64,000 bases of DNA from an uncultured Gemmatimonadaceae bacterium. Its GTDB lineage: Bacteria; Gemmatimonadota; Gemmatimonadetes; Gemmatimonadales; GWC2-71-9. The notes under the pieces were generated by a model. The model had not been told where the DNA came from, made no database searches, and saw only the letters and a program-made list of their open reading frames with translations. The stretch lies in contig CAZOJI010000011.1 of the NCBI GenBank assembly GCA_964580055.1, forward strand, positions 34,759 through 98,758, given 5' to 3'. Shown in pieces: positions 9,197 through 17,652 of this stretch. A program made the translations under genes and the position numbers. Each line of letters starts with the position of its first letter. Within the stretch, counting starts at the first letter, position 1.

Positions 9197-9754
9197 ATGA
9201 CGTTCAGGGAGGCGCTCGAAGGAAAGAAAGAGCAGATCGTAGCAAGGTGGCTCGATGCAGCGCTCTCCCTGTACGCCCGAGATGCTTCTGCCGCTTTCGC
9301 TCGACAGAAGGATCGTTTTGCCAATCCGGTCGGCCACAGTCTGCGTGAAGGTACGCTGGCGATCTTCGAGGCACTTCAGGACGACACTGGCGCCACGACG
9401 ATCCGCCAGCATCTGGTCGAAATCATCAAGATCAGGGCGGTCCAGCAGTTTACGGCTTCCGAGGCCTTGAGCTTCTTCTTCACGCTCAAGGACATTGTGA
9501 GAGAGGAAGTCTCGAACGATCTTCGCGGAGCAAGCGAGCTGCAGGACTGTGTGATGTTCGAGAGAAGGGTCGACGAGGTCGCCTTGGCTGCATTCGACGT
9601 GTATGCTGAGTGCCGCGAAAAGGTGTTCGAATTGAGAGGCAATGAGATGAAGCGCAGGGTTTCTTGGATCGTCGACAAACTGAACAAGCGTGGCAACGGT
9701 CTGGAGCCGTTTGACACCGATCGAGAACGAGAAGAAGAGAATCCGAAGGCGTGA
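9197..9754 (+). CDS. Globin-like/RsbRD_N-type domain protein in the position occupied by dsrT (immediately upstream of dsrM)
   Basis: 185 aa and soluble. The N-terminal pattern EQIVARWLDAALSLY and DRFANPVGHSL resembles RsbR-N-type sensor domains. It ends 22 nt before dsrM. The DsrT assignment is tentative. Confidence 0.6.
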   Translation: MTFREALEGKKEQIVARWLDAALSLYARDASAAFARQKDRFANPVGHSLREGTLAIFEALQDDTGATTIRQHLVEIIKIRAVQQFTASEALSFFFTLKDIVREEVSNDLRGASELQDCVMFERRVDEVALAAFDVYAECREKVFELRGNEMKRRVSWIVDKLNKRGNGLEPFDTDREREEENPKA

Positions 9755-9776
9755 ACGTACTACGAGAGGATCTCCG

Positions 9777-10766
9777 ATGAACGTAGTTCTTTCCCTGGCA
9801 TTCGTAGGCGGCCTTTTTCTGATAGGCATGCTTGGCGGAGTGCCGGGATTGGGGTGGCTGTTTGGTGTCGTGCTGCCTTACGCGGCGCTTGCGTTGTTCC
9901 TCGGCGGTATGGTCTACCGTGTTCTGAAGTGGGCGAACGTCCCCGTTCCGTTCCGCATTCCAACTACCTGCGGCCAGCAAAAGACGCTACCCTGGATAAG
10001 ACACGACAAGATCGAGAATCCACACAACTCTCTGAACGTTTTGGGCAGGATGGCATTGGAGATCTTGTTCTTCAGGTCACTGCTCAGGAACACGAAGTCG
10101 AAGTTGGTGGAAGGAGGTAGGGTCGTCTACGGGACCGATCTCTGGCTCTGGATTGCAGCTTTGGCTATGCACTGGTCACTGCTGTTCATCTTGATCAGAC
10201 ACCTTCGACTGATGGTGTCTCCGGTACCGGGTTTCGTTACGTTGATGGAGAGGATCGACGGTTTCCTCGAGATCGGGCTCCCGGTGTTCTTCATCACGAC
10301 GATACTGTTCCTAGCCGCATTGACGTTCTTGTTGTTCCGGAGATTCGTGACCCCCCAGCTGCGTTACATATCTCTGGTGAACGACTATGTGCCATTGTTC
10401 CTGCTTCTCGGTATCGGGATTACGGGATTCTGGATGAGGCATTTGGGCAAGACAGATGTTCCGGCAATCAAGGAATTGACCTTGGGCCTGACACACTTTT
10501 CGCCGGTCGTTCCAGAGACGATCAGCCCGGTTTTCTACGGGCACCTTTTCCTGGTCTCTGTTTTGTTGGCTTACATCCCGTTCGGCAAGATCACGCACAT
10601 GGCCGGCGTATTCCTCAGCCCGACGAGAAGCATGGCCAACAACAACCGGGCAGTTAGGCACATCAACCCCTGGGACTACCCTGTGAAACTGCATCCGTAC
10701 GACGAGTACGAAGATGAACTCAGGGACAAGATGAAGGCGGCCGGGATTCCGGTCGAGAAGGAATAG
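9777..10766 (+). CDS. dsrM: DsrM, NarI-like dihaem membrane subunit
   Basis: Polytopic membrane protein directly preceding dsrK. ATG 9777 follows a GAGAGGA RBS. The track start 9690 overlaps the upstream gene. Confidence 0.88.
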   Translation: MNVVLSLAFVGGLFLIGMLGGVPGLGWLFGVVLPYAALALFLGGMVYRVLKWANVPVPFRIPTTCGQQKTLPWIRHDKIENPHNSLNVLGRMALEILFFRSLLRNTKSKLVEGGRVVYGTDLWLWIAALAMHWSLLFILIRHLRLMVSPVPGFVTLMERIDGFLEIGLPVFFITTILFLAALTFLLFRRFVTPQLRYISLVNDYVPLFLLLGIGITGFWMRHLGKTDVPAIKELTLGLTHFSPVVPETISPVFYGHLFLVSVLLAYIPFGKITHMAGVFLSPTRSMANNNRAVRHINPWDYPVKLHPYDEYEDELRDKMKAAGIPVEKE

Positions 10767-10768
10767 CG

Positions 10769-12430
10769 ATGTCGACGCCAGACGAACCTGATTATTACAA
10801 GAAGGAAGACCTCCTCAATATCAGTACCGAGCCGCCGCCGACAGGGTGGATGGAAACGCCTGTGGACTTCAGGCGGGGCACCTACATCTATCCCGGCAAG
10901 GCGAAGAACCTGAAGGTGGTCGACCTGCCCAACCCGAGGGAATGGGCGGTTACCGACGCTGACTGGAAATTGCAGGACGATTGGAAGAAGATCGTCCTGG
11001 ATGGGATGGCTGAACGTCTCAAGAGATTTCGGTCTTTCAGGATCTTCATGGATACCTGTGTCCGTTGTGGCGCATGCGCCGACAAGTGCCACTTCTTCAT
11101 CGGAAGCGGGGACCCCAAGAACATGCCCGTTCTCAGGGCGGAGCTGCTCAGGTCGATCTATAGGAAGGATTTCACGGCTTTGGGCAGAGTCTTCGGCAAG
11201 CTCGCCGGAGGGCGCGAACTCACGGAGGACGTAATCAAGGAGTGGTTCTACTACTTCTACCAATGCACCGAATGCCGCCGGTGCTCCGTCTTCTGTCCCT
11301 ACGGTATCGATACCGCCGAAGTCACGATGATCGGTCGCGAGCTGCTCGGGCTGCTGGGGCTATACGTCAACTGGGTCATCGAGCCAGTAGCCAACTGCTT
11401 CCGGCTGGGCAATCACCTCGCCATCCAACCGCACGGGCTGGTGGACACGCTGGATTTCATGGCCGATGACATAGAGGAGAGCACGGGCATACGCGTGGAC
11501 ATCCCCATCAACAAGAAGGGTGCGGAGATCTTGTTCGTCACTCCGTCCGGCGACTTCGTGGCCGACCCTGGGATCTACACGTGCATGGCCTACATGCTGC
11601 TGTTCCACGAACTCGGCATCGACTACACGTGGAGCACCTACGCTTCGGACGGCGGCAACTTCGGGCTGTTCACGTCCCACGAGATGATGAAACGTCTCAA
11701 CAACAAGATCTACGCGGAAGCCAAGCGACTCGGCGTCAAATGGATCTTGGGTGGCGAGTGCGGTCATATGTGGCGGGTGATCAATCAGTACATGGATACG
11801 ATGAACGGCCCCGCCGATTTCCTGGAGGTTCCCAAGTCGCCGATAACCGGGACGGTGTTCGAGAACGCTCGGTCCACCAAGATGATACACTTGATGGAGT
11901 TCACCGCCGACCTGATAAGGCACGGTAAGCTCAACATCGATCCGGCCAGGAACGATCACATTCGGGTGACACTGCACGATTCGTGTAATCCCGCGCGCGC
12001 CATGGGCATCTTCGAAGAGCCCCGTTATGTGATCAAGAGCGTGTGCAATAACTATTTCGAAATGCCGGAGAATACCATACGTGAGCAGACGTTCTGTTGT
12101 GGCGGAGGCGCCGGTTTGGGAACCGACGAGAATATGGAGATGCGCCTGCGCGGGGGGCTACCGAGGGGCAGCGCCGTGAAGTACGTGCAGGATAAACACG
12201 GAGTAGATTTCCTCGCCGCAATGTGTGCGATCGACAGGGCGACGCTGGTTACGGTGTGCGACTACTGGGCCCCCGGAGTCAAAGTCACCGGCATCAGCGA
12301 GCTCGTAGCCAACGCCATGACGTTTACGGGACAGAAGAAGCGCACCGAGAATTTGCGCCTGGAGGAGATTCCCGCATGGGTAGCGGAAGCCGAAGAAGAG
12401 GAGAGCAATGGAGGCGGCACCGATGAGTGA
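10769..12430 (+). CDS. dsrK: DsrK, HdrD-like catalytic FeS subunit with CCG domain
   Basis: Has CVRCGACADKCHFF, CTECRRCSVFCPYG and CCGGGAGLG (CCG) motifs. Starts 2 nt after dsrM. Confidence 0.93.
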   Translation: MSTPDEPDYYKKEDLLNISTEPPPTGWMETPVDFRRGTYIYPGKAKNLKVVDLPNPREWAVTDADWKLQDDWKKIVLDGMAERLKRFRSFRIFMDTCVRCGACADKCHFFIGSGDPKNMPVLRAELLRSIYRKDFTALGRVFGKLAGGRELTEDVIKEWFYYFYQCTECRRCSVFCPYGIDTAEVTMIGRELLGLLGLYVNWVIEPVANCFRLGNHLAIQPHGLVDTLDFMADDIEESTGIRVDIPINKKGAEILFVTPSGDFVADPGIYTCMAYMLLFHELGIDYTWSTYASDGGNFGLFTSHEMMKRLNNKIYAEAKRLGVKWILGGECGHMWRVINQYMDTMNGPADFLEVPKSPITGTVFENARSTKMIHLMEFTADLIRHGKLNIDPARNDHIRVTLHDSCNPARAMGIFEEPRYVIKSVCNNYFEMPENTIREQTFCCGGGAGLGTDENMEMRLRGGLPRGSAVKYVQDKHGVDFLAAMCAIDRATLVTVCDYWAPGVKVTGISELVANAMTFTGQKKRTENLRLEEIPAWVAEAEEEESNGGGTDE

Positions 12431-12803
12431 CAAGGGCAAGATCATTGGCGGGTTGGTCGTCTTTCTCGTTTTGGTGACCTACCCACTGTGGCATACCGTT
12501 GCTGCAGGAGGAGATGCGACAATGCCCGAACTCGAGTACCCGGTTTCCGCCACCGAGTGCATCGAAGACACCGAGTACATGCGTGCAAGCCACATAGATA
12601 TGCTGAATGACTGGCGCAACGCCTTGGTTAGAGATGGTGAAGTAGAGTACACATCATCTTCGGGTGAACAGTATACGATGAGTCTTACTGGCACGTGCAT
12701 AGATTGTCATGACAACAAGGAAGCCTTCTGCGACAGGTGTCACGACTTCTCCAACGTGACACCTACATGCTGGGACTGCCACGTCGTGCCGGGGGGGAAC
12801 TGA
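12423..12803 (+). CDS. dsrJ: DsrJ, periplasmic trihaem cytochrome c
   Basis: Three CxxCH motifs (CIDCH, CDRCH, CWDCH) and an N-terminal membrane anchor. The start is ambiguous: 12408 or 12423, the latter overlapping the dsrK stop. Confidence 0.88.
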   Translation: MSDKGKIIGGLVVFLVLVTYPLWHTVAAGGDATMPELEYPVSATECIEDTEYMRASHIDMLNDWRNALVRDGEVEYTSSSGEQYTMSLTGTCIDCHDNKEAFCDRCHDFSNVTPTCWDCHVVPGGN

Positions 12804-12806
12804 GCG

Positions 12807-13613
12807 ATGGATGAGAGTAGACGCGGCTTCCTGAAGAAGGCCGGCAAGACGGCGCTCGGGCTTGGTTGGGGCTTGCCGCTTCTGAACACGGCGTGCTCAG
12901 AGCCGGGAGAACACGATCACCATATTCCGCTGCGCTCAGACAACCAGTGGGCGATGGTTGTCGATGTTGAGAAATGCCGGCAGGAAGAGGTGAGGCGAGC
13001 CTGTGTAGAGGCTTGCAGGTTGGCGCACAATGTCCCGTCGATTCCCGAGCCGGACGATGAGATCGACTGGATATGGGAAGAGGAGTACAAACACGTATTC
13101 CCCGAGCAGGTGCATGATCATACACCCGAGTCGCTGGGGGACGCGCCGGTGTTGGTGCTGTGCAACCACTGCACGAATCCGCCCTGCGTCAGGGTTTGTC
13201 CCACTCAAGCGACCTGGAAGCGGGAGACGGATGGAATCGTAATGATGGACATGCACCGCTGCATCGGTTGCCGCTACTGTATGGCTGCCTGCCCTTACCA
13301 GGCCCGCAGCTTCAATTGGCGCGACCCTCGCCCGTTCATCGATACAGACGCGGACGGAGATTTCAGGTCCGACTATCCCACTCGTACAAAGGGGGTCGTC
13401 GAGAAATGCAACTTCTGCGCGGAGCGACTCCGCATCGGACTGCTGCCCGCATGTGTCGAGGCGGCGAATTCGGTTGAGGGTGTTGAAGGGGCTATGGCGT
13501 TCGGCGATCTGACCGATCCGAACTCGGACGTGACGCGGCTCCTTGATGAGAATCACACCATCAGCAGGCGCGTCGGCCTAGGGACCGGCCCCAACGTCTA
13601 TTACATCGTCTAA
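12807..13613 (+). CDS. dsrO: DsrO, periplasmic ferredoxin-like FeS subunit (Tat signal)
   Basis: Twin-arginine leader SRRGFLKKAG. Cluster motifs CNHCTNPPCVRVCP, CIGCRYCMAACP and CNFCAERL. Confidence 0.9.
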   Translation: MDESRRGFLKKAGKTALGLGWGLPLLNTACSEPGEHDHHIPLRSDNQWAMVVDVEKCRQEEVRRACVEACRLAHNVPSIPEPDDEIDWIWEEEYKHVFPEQVHDHTPESLGDAPVLVLCNHCTNPPCVRVCPTQATWKRETDGIVMMDMHRCIGCRYCMAACPYQARSFNWRDPRPFIDTDADGDFRSDYPTRTKGVVEKCNFCAERLRIGLLPACVEAANSVEGVEGAMAFGDLTDPNSDVTRLLDENHTISRRVGLGTGPNVYYIV

Positions 13614-13656
13614 CGCCTTTCAGGGTTAGAATTGTGAGAACCGAGAGGTAGAACAT

Positions 13657-14817
13657 ATGCTGCAGGATGCATTCCGAGGGGGACGGCGATATTGGGCACT
13701 GGTGGGCTTCTGGGGTGTGCTGATCGTCATCGGGGTTAGCACTTGGGCCTACCAGCTGAGTGAGGGATTGCATATCACCGCAATGACCCAGCAGATCACC
13801 TGGGGGATGTACATTGCCCAACTCACCTTCATGGTAGGTATCGCAGCGTCAGCCGTAATGGTAGTGCTGCCATATTATCTGCATGACTACAAGGCCTTCG
13901 GCAAAATGGTGATCATCGGCGAGAGCCTGGCTGTGTCGTCGGTGCTGATGTGCATGCTGTTCGTGTTCGTCGATTTGGGCCAGCCGTCCCGCGGTGCGAA
14001 CATCATACTGCATCCCACGCCCAATTCGGTGATGTTCTGGGATATGTTGGTGCTGTCCGGATATCTGTTACTGAACCTCGTCATTGGTGCGGTTACGTTC
14101 GAGGCTGAGCGCAAGGGAGTGCCGCCACCGAAATGGGTCAAGCCGCTCATATACCTTTCCATTCCCTGGGCGGTGAGCATTCACACGGTAACGGCGTTTC
14201 TCTATTCCGGGTTGGAGGCGCGCACCTTTTGGATGACGGCGATCCTCGCTCCACGATTCCTTGCCTCGGCGTTCGCTACCGGACCCAGCCTGCTGATCTT
14301 ACTGGCCCTGATTCTCAGGCGCTTCACGACCTTTGACGCCGGAAAAGAGGCGATTCAGAAGCTGGCAATGATCGTGGCATACGCTGTCGCGGTCAACCTG
14401 TTCTTCCTGCTGGTCGAGCTGTTCACTGTTGTCTACAGCAGCATCCCGCATCACACGGATGGTTTCCGCTATATGTTCTTCGGGCTTGAGGGTAAGAACA
14501 CTATTGCACCGGCGATGTGGGTTGGTCAGGCGATCGGACTGTTCTGTTTGGTAGCGTTGTGGATACCCAAAGTGCGCGCAAACGAGAAATTTCTCGCGGT
14601 GCTCGCAGTGGGAGTAATACTGTCGCTTTGGCTAGAGAAGGGTGTGGCCATGGTGGTTGTCGGTTTCATCCCGGCACCTCTCGGGGAGGTGAGCGAATAC
14701 ATTCCCACGCTCCCCGAGTATTTGATTACAATTGGAGTTTATTCCATTGGATTCTTGCTGCTAACGATGTTCTACAAGATCATAACGACCGTAAGAGAGA
14801 GATTGGGACCGGCATAG
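13657..14817 (+). CDS. dsrP: DsrP, NrfD/PsrC-like integral membrane subunit
   Basis: About 10 hydrophobic helices. Position after dsrO. GAGAGG RBS. Confidence 0.88.
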   Translation: MLQDAFRGGRRYWALVGFWGVLIVIGVSTWAYQLSEGLHITAMTQQITWGMYIAQLTFMVGIAASAVMVVLPYYLHDYKAFGKMVIIGESLAVSSVLMCMLFVFVDLGQPSRGANIILHPTPNSVMFWDMLVLSGYLLLNLVIGAVTFEAERKGVPPPKWVKPLIYLSIPWAVSIHTVTAFLYSGLEARTFWMTAILAPRFLASAFATGPSLLILLALILRRFTTFDAGKEAIQKLAMIVAYAVAVNLFFLLVELFTVVYSSIPHHTDGFRYMFFGLEGKNTIAPAMWVGQAIGLFCLVALWIPKVRANEKFLAVLAVGVILSLWLEKGVAMVVVGFIPAPLGEVSEYIPTLPEYLITIGVYSIGFLLLTMFYKIITTVRERLGPA

Positions 14818-14824
14818 GAATAGC

Positions 14825-14850
14825 CACACGCGGCTTCCTGTGTGTTTTTT
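14825..14850 (+). terminator. Weak hairpin plus T6 tract after dsrP
   Basis: CACAC / GTGTG 5-bp stem (plus one G-U pair) followed by TTTTTT at 14845-14850. The stem is short, so support is weak. Confidence 0.3.
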
Positions 14851-14865
14851 GATAGATGTGGTGTA

Positions 14866-14885
14866 TGGAAGTGAGTGGAAGTAAG
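14866..14885 (+). promoter_or_regulatory. Tandem direct repeat TGGAAGTGAG/TGGAAGTAAG upstream of dsrA
   Basis: Two adjacent 10-mers, 9 of 10 identical, about 52 nt upstream of the dsrA ATG. Candidate regulator site, function unknown. Confidence 0.2.
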
Positions 14886-14937
14886 GAGTAAAGCAGACAT
14901 TAACTAACGCCATCATTCCAAGCGGAGAGGAAACAAC

Positions 14938-16155
14938 ATGGCAGATTCAGGTAACAATGGCACTCCGTTGCTGGACGAACTGGAAAAGGGACCCTGGCCC
15001 AGCTTCGTTACGCAGATCAAGGAGGCAGCCGAAACGAAGGAGTCGTCCGCGGCTCTGTTGAGATTGCTGGAGCGTTCGTACGGTGAGAAGATCGGCCACT
15101 GGAAGCACGGCGGCATCGTGGGTGTGATGGGTTACGGTGGCGGCGTCATCGGCCGGTACAACGATCTGCCGGAGGATTTCCCGGAGATCGCCCATTTCCA
15201 CACGATGCGCATCAACATGCCGACGGGTTGGTTCTACACCTCAGATGCGTTGCGCACGGTGTGTGACATCTGGGACAAACATGGTTCTGGTCTGACCAAC
15301 ATGCACGGATCGACCGGTGACATCATTCTGCTCGGCACGTCCACGGACGAATTGGAGCCTACGTTCCAAGAGTTGGCGCAGAACGGTTTCGATATTGGTG
15401 GCTCGGGCTCCGACCTGCGGACGCCGAGCGCGTGCAATGGCATGGCGCGGTGTGAGTGGGCATGCTACGACACACTGGCTGCCTGTTACGACTTGACTCA
15501 GGAGTTCCAGGACGAGCTGCATCGGCCCGCTTTCCCATACAAGTTCAAGTTCAAGTTTGCTGGATGCCCGAACGACTGCGTTGCGTCGGTGGCGAGAGCC
15601 GATCTGTCGGTCATCGGAACCTGGCGTGACGAGATCCAGATCGATCAGGCAGAGGTGAAGGCTGCTGAAGAAGCTGGACTGGACATACTCAGGGACGTTT
15701 GCTTCAACTGTCCGACGAGGTGCATCGAGTGGGACGGCGAAAAGCTCGAGATCGACGATTCGAACTGCGTGAAGTGCATGCACTGCATCAACGTGATGCC
15801 GAAAGCTCTGCGCCCCGGCAAGGACAGGGGTGCGACGATCATGCTCGGCTCCAAGGCGCCGATTGTGGAAGGTGCGATGCTGTCATCGGTTATCGTTCCG
15901 TTCATGAAGATGGAGCCTCCCTTTGAGGAACTCAAAGACCTGATCGAGAGGATCTGGGATTTCTGGGCTGAGAACGGCAAGAACCGGGAACGCTGTGGCG
16001 AGTTGATGCAGCGCATCGGCCTCGGGAATTTCCTGGAAGAGATCGAGGTGGATCCGATTCCCCAAATGGTTGCACATCCCAGGGACAATCCTTTCATCTT
16101 CTTCGAGGATTACTATGAAGAAGGCGATGAGGATGAGGAAGAAGATGAAGAATAG
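14938..16155 (+). CDS. dsrA: Dissimilatory sulfite reductase alpha subunit
   Basis: Sirohaem/FeS motifs [11 protein letters not shown] and [11 protein letters not shown]. Ferredoxin insert CFNCPTRC / CVKCMHC. Unusual poly-acidic C-terminus [12 protein letters not shown]. Confidence 0.95.
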   Translation: MADSGNNGTPLLDELEKGPWPSFVTQIKEAAETKESSAALLRLLERSYGEKIGHWKHGGIVGVMGYGGGVIGRYNDLPEDFPEIAHFHTMRINMPTGWFYTSDALRTVCDIWDKHGSGLTNMHGSTGDIILLGTSTDELEPTFQELAQNGFDIGGSGSDLRTPSACNGMARCEWACYDTLAACYDLTQEFQDELHRPAFPYKFKFKFAGCPNDCVASVARADLSVIGTWRDEIQIDQAEVKAAEEAGLDILRDVCFNCPTRCIEWDGEKLEIDDSNCVKCMHCINVMPKALRPGKDRGATIMLGSKAPIVEGAMLSSVIVPFMKMEPPFEELKDLIERIWDFWAENGKNRERCGELMQRIGLGNFLEEIEVDPIPQMVAHPRDNPFIFFEDYYEEGDEDEEEDEE

Positions 16156-16220
16156 AGCTGCTGGGCGAGACTCTCGGCATGCGAACATGAGACTAATTGT
16201 ACCAATGGGGAGATAGAGCG

Positions 16221-17300
16221 ATGGCAGTGTCAAAGGACAGGATAACGGATATCGGACCTCCGCATTATGAGAAGTTCCTGCATCCAGTTATAAAGAAGAA
16301 CTACGGGCAGTGGAAGTACCATGAGATCTTGAAGCCTGGCGTGATGGTGCATGTCGCCGAATCCGGCGACAAGATCTTCACGGTGCGAACGTCTTCTCCG
16401 AGGCTGCTCTCCACCACACGGATCCGCAAGTTTGCCGAATTGGCGGACAAATACTGCGACGGTCACCTGCGTTTCACCAGTAGAAACAACGTGGAATTTC
16501 TACTCGCGAGTGACGAGAAGATCGACGATCTTATCGCCGAATTGAAGGATCTGGGCCACTCAGTGGGTGGTATCGGCAACGCGATTTCCAATATCGTGCA
16601 CACGCAAGGTTGGGTGCACTGCCACTCGGCAGCGACGGACGCGTCCGGCGTCGTGAAGGCTGTGATGGATGACTTGCACGAACACTTTGCGTCGAACGAC
16701 GTGCCCGGAAAGCTCCGCATCGCCCTGGCATGTTGTCTCAACATGTGCGGCGCCGTACACTGCTCGGACATCGCGATACTCGGAGTGCACCGCAGGCCAC
16801 CGCGGGCTGACCACGCGACTCTCAACAAGCTGTGCGAGATTCCGAATGTGGTTGCCTCGTGTCCTACGGCGGCTATCAGGCCGGCCACGGTGGAGGGGCA
16901 TCCTTCAGTCGAGATTGACGAAGATCTTTGCATGTTCTGCGCGAACTGCTTCACGGTATGTCCGTCTCTACCCATGGCCGACGCGTTGAACGACGGTGTT
17001 TCGATCTGGGTGGGCGGCAAAGTATCGAACGCCCGTTCCGAGCCTACCTTCTCGAAGCTGGCTATACCGTGGCTGCCGAACACCCCGCCGCGTTGGCCTG
17101 AAGTGACAGAAGCGGTGCGGAATATCGTAGACGTGTGGGCGAACAACGCTCGCAAGTTCGAGCGGATGGGCGAATTCATCAACCGTATCGGTTGGCCGAG
17201 GTTCTTTGAGATGACCGGCATCGAGTTCCAGAAGGAACACATCGATGATTTCAAGCACGCGGGACTGACTTACAAGCGGTCCGCGCAGCTCAGACACTAG
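16221..17300 (+). CDS. dsrB: Dissimilatory sulfite reductase beta subunit
   Basis: Has [28 protein letters not shown] and ferredoxin [12 protein letters not shown] motifs. ATG 16221 is preferred over the track start 16197. Confidence 0.95.
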   Translation: MAVSKDRITDIGPPHYEKFLHPVIKKNYGQWKYHEILKPGVMVHVAESGDKIFTVRTSSPRLLSTTRIRKFAELADKYCDGHLRFTSRNNVEFLLASDEKIDDLIAELKDLGHSVGGIGNAISNIVHTQGWVHCHSAATDASGVVKAVMDDLHEHFASNDVPGKLRIALACCLNMCGAVHCSDIAILGVHRRPPRADHATLNKLCEIPNVVASCPTAAIRPATVEGHPSVEIDEDLCMFCANCFTVCPSLPMADALNDGVSIWVGGKVSNARSEPTFSKLAIPWLPNTPPRWPEVTEAVRNIVDVWANNARKFERMGEFINRIGWPRFFEMTGIEFQKEHIDDFKHAGLTYKRSAQLRH

Positions 17301-17310
17301 GAGGTAACAT

Positions 17311-17568
17311 ATGGCTGTCACGCCGGCAGAAATTGCGGACGCCATGTACGAGATGGTCAAGGAGTATCAGGGCAAAAAGAAGTTCAAGGCCCAGGACTTG
17401 ACCAAGGCAATGATGCAGAAGTTTGCCGACGAAGGAGTCGACAAGAAGCAGTGCAAACTCGCAATTCGTGAGTTGATGGACTCCGGAAGGTGCGTCTACA
17501 CGTACTTCGGCGGCAGCTTCATTGAACTCCCTCACAAAGAGGGAGCTGCTGAAGGAGCCGACGGCTAG
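17311..17568 (+). CDS. dsrD: DsrD, small winged-helix protein
   Basis: 85 aa with the KKKFKAQDL lysine-rich motif and YTYFGGS. Starts 10 nt after dsrB. Confidence 0.88.
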   Translation: MAVTPAEIADAMYEMVKEYQGKKKFKAQDLTKAMMQKFADEGVDKKQCKLAIRELMDSGRCVYTYFGGSFIELPHKEGAAEGADG

Positions 17569-17582
17569 AAGTAGCCGTCGGC
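17557..17582 (+). terminator. Perfect 11-bp hairpin enclosing the dsrD stop codon
   Basis: GCCGACGGCTA / TAGCCGTCGGC with a 4-nt loop. The TAG stop at 17566-17568 lies within the left arm and loop. No U-tract. Confidence 0.35.
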
Positions 17583-17596
17583 CATCAAAATAATTC

Positions 17597-17612
17597 ACGG
17601 GCGGAAGCCCGT
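17597..17612 (+). terminator. Second small hairpin (GGAA tetraloop) between dsrD and the dsrL-like gene
   Basis: ACGGGC GGAA GCCCGT, a 6-bp stem. Confidence 0.25.
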
Positions 17613-17652
17613 CTTGCCCTCTCCAGAGTGGGCGTGGGCAGAGGTGTGACTA

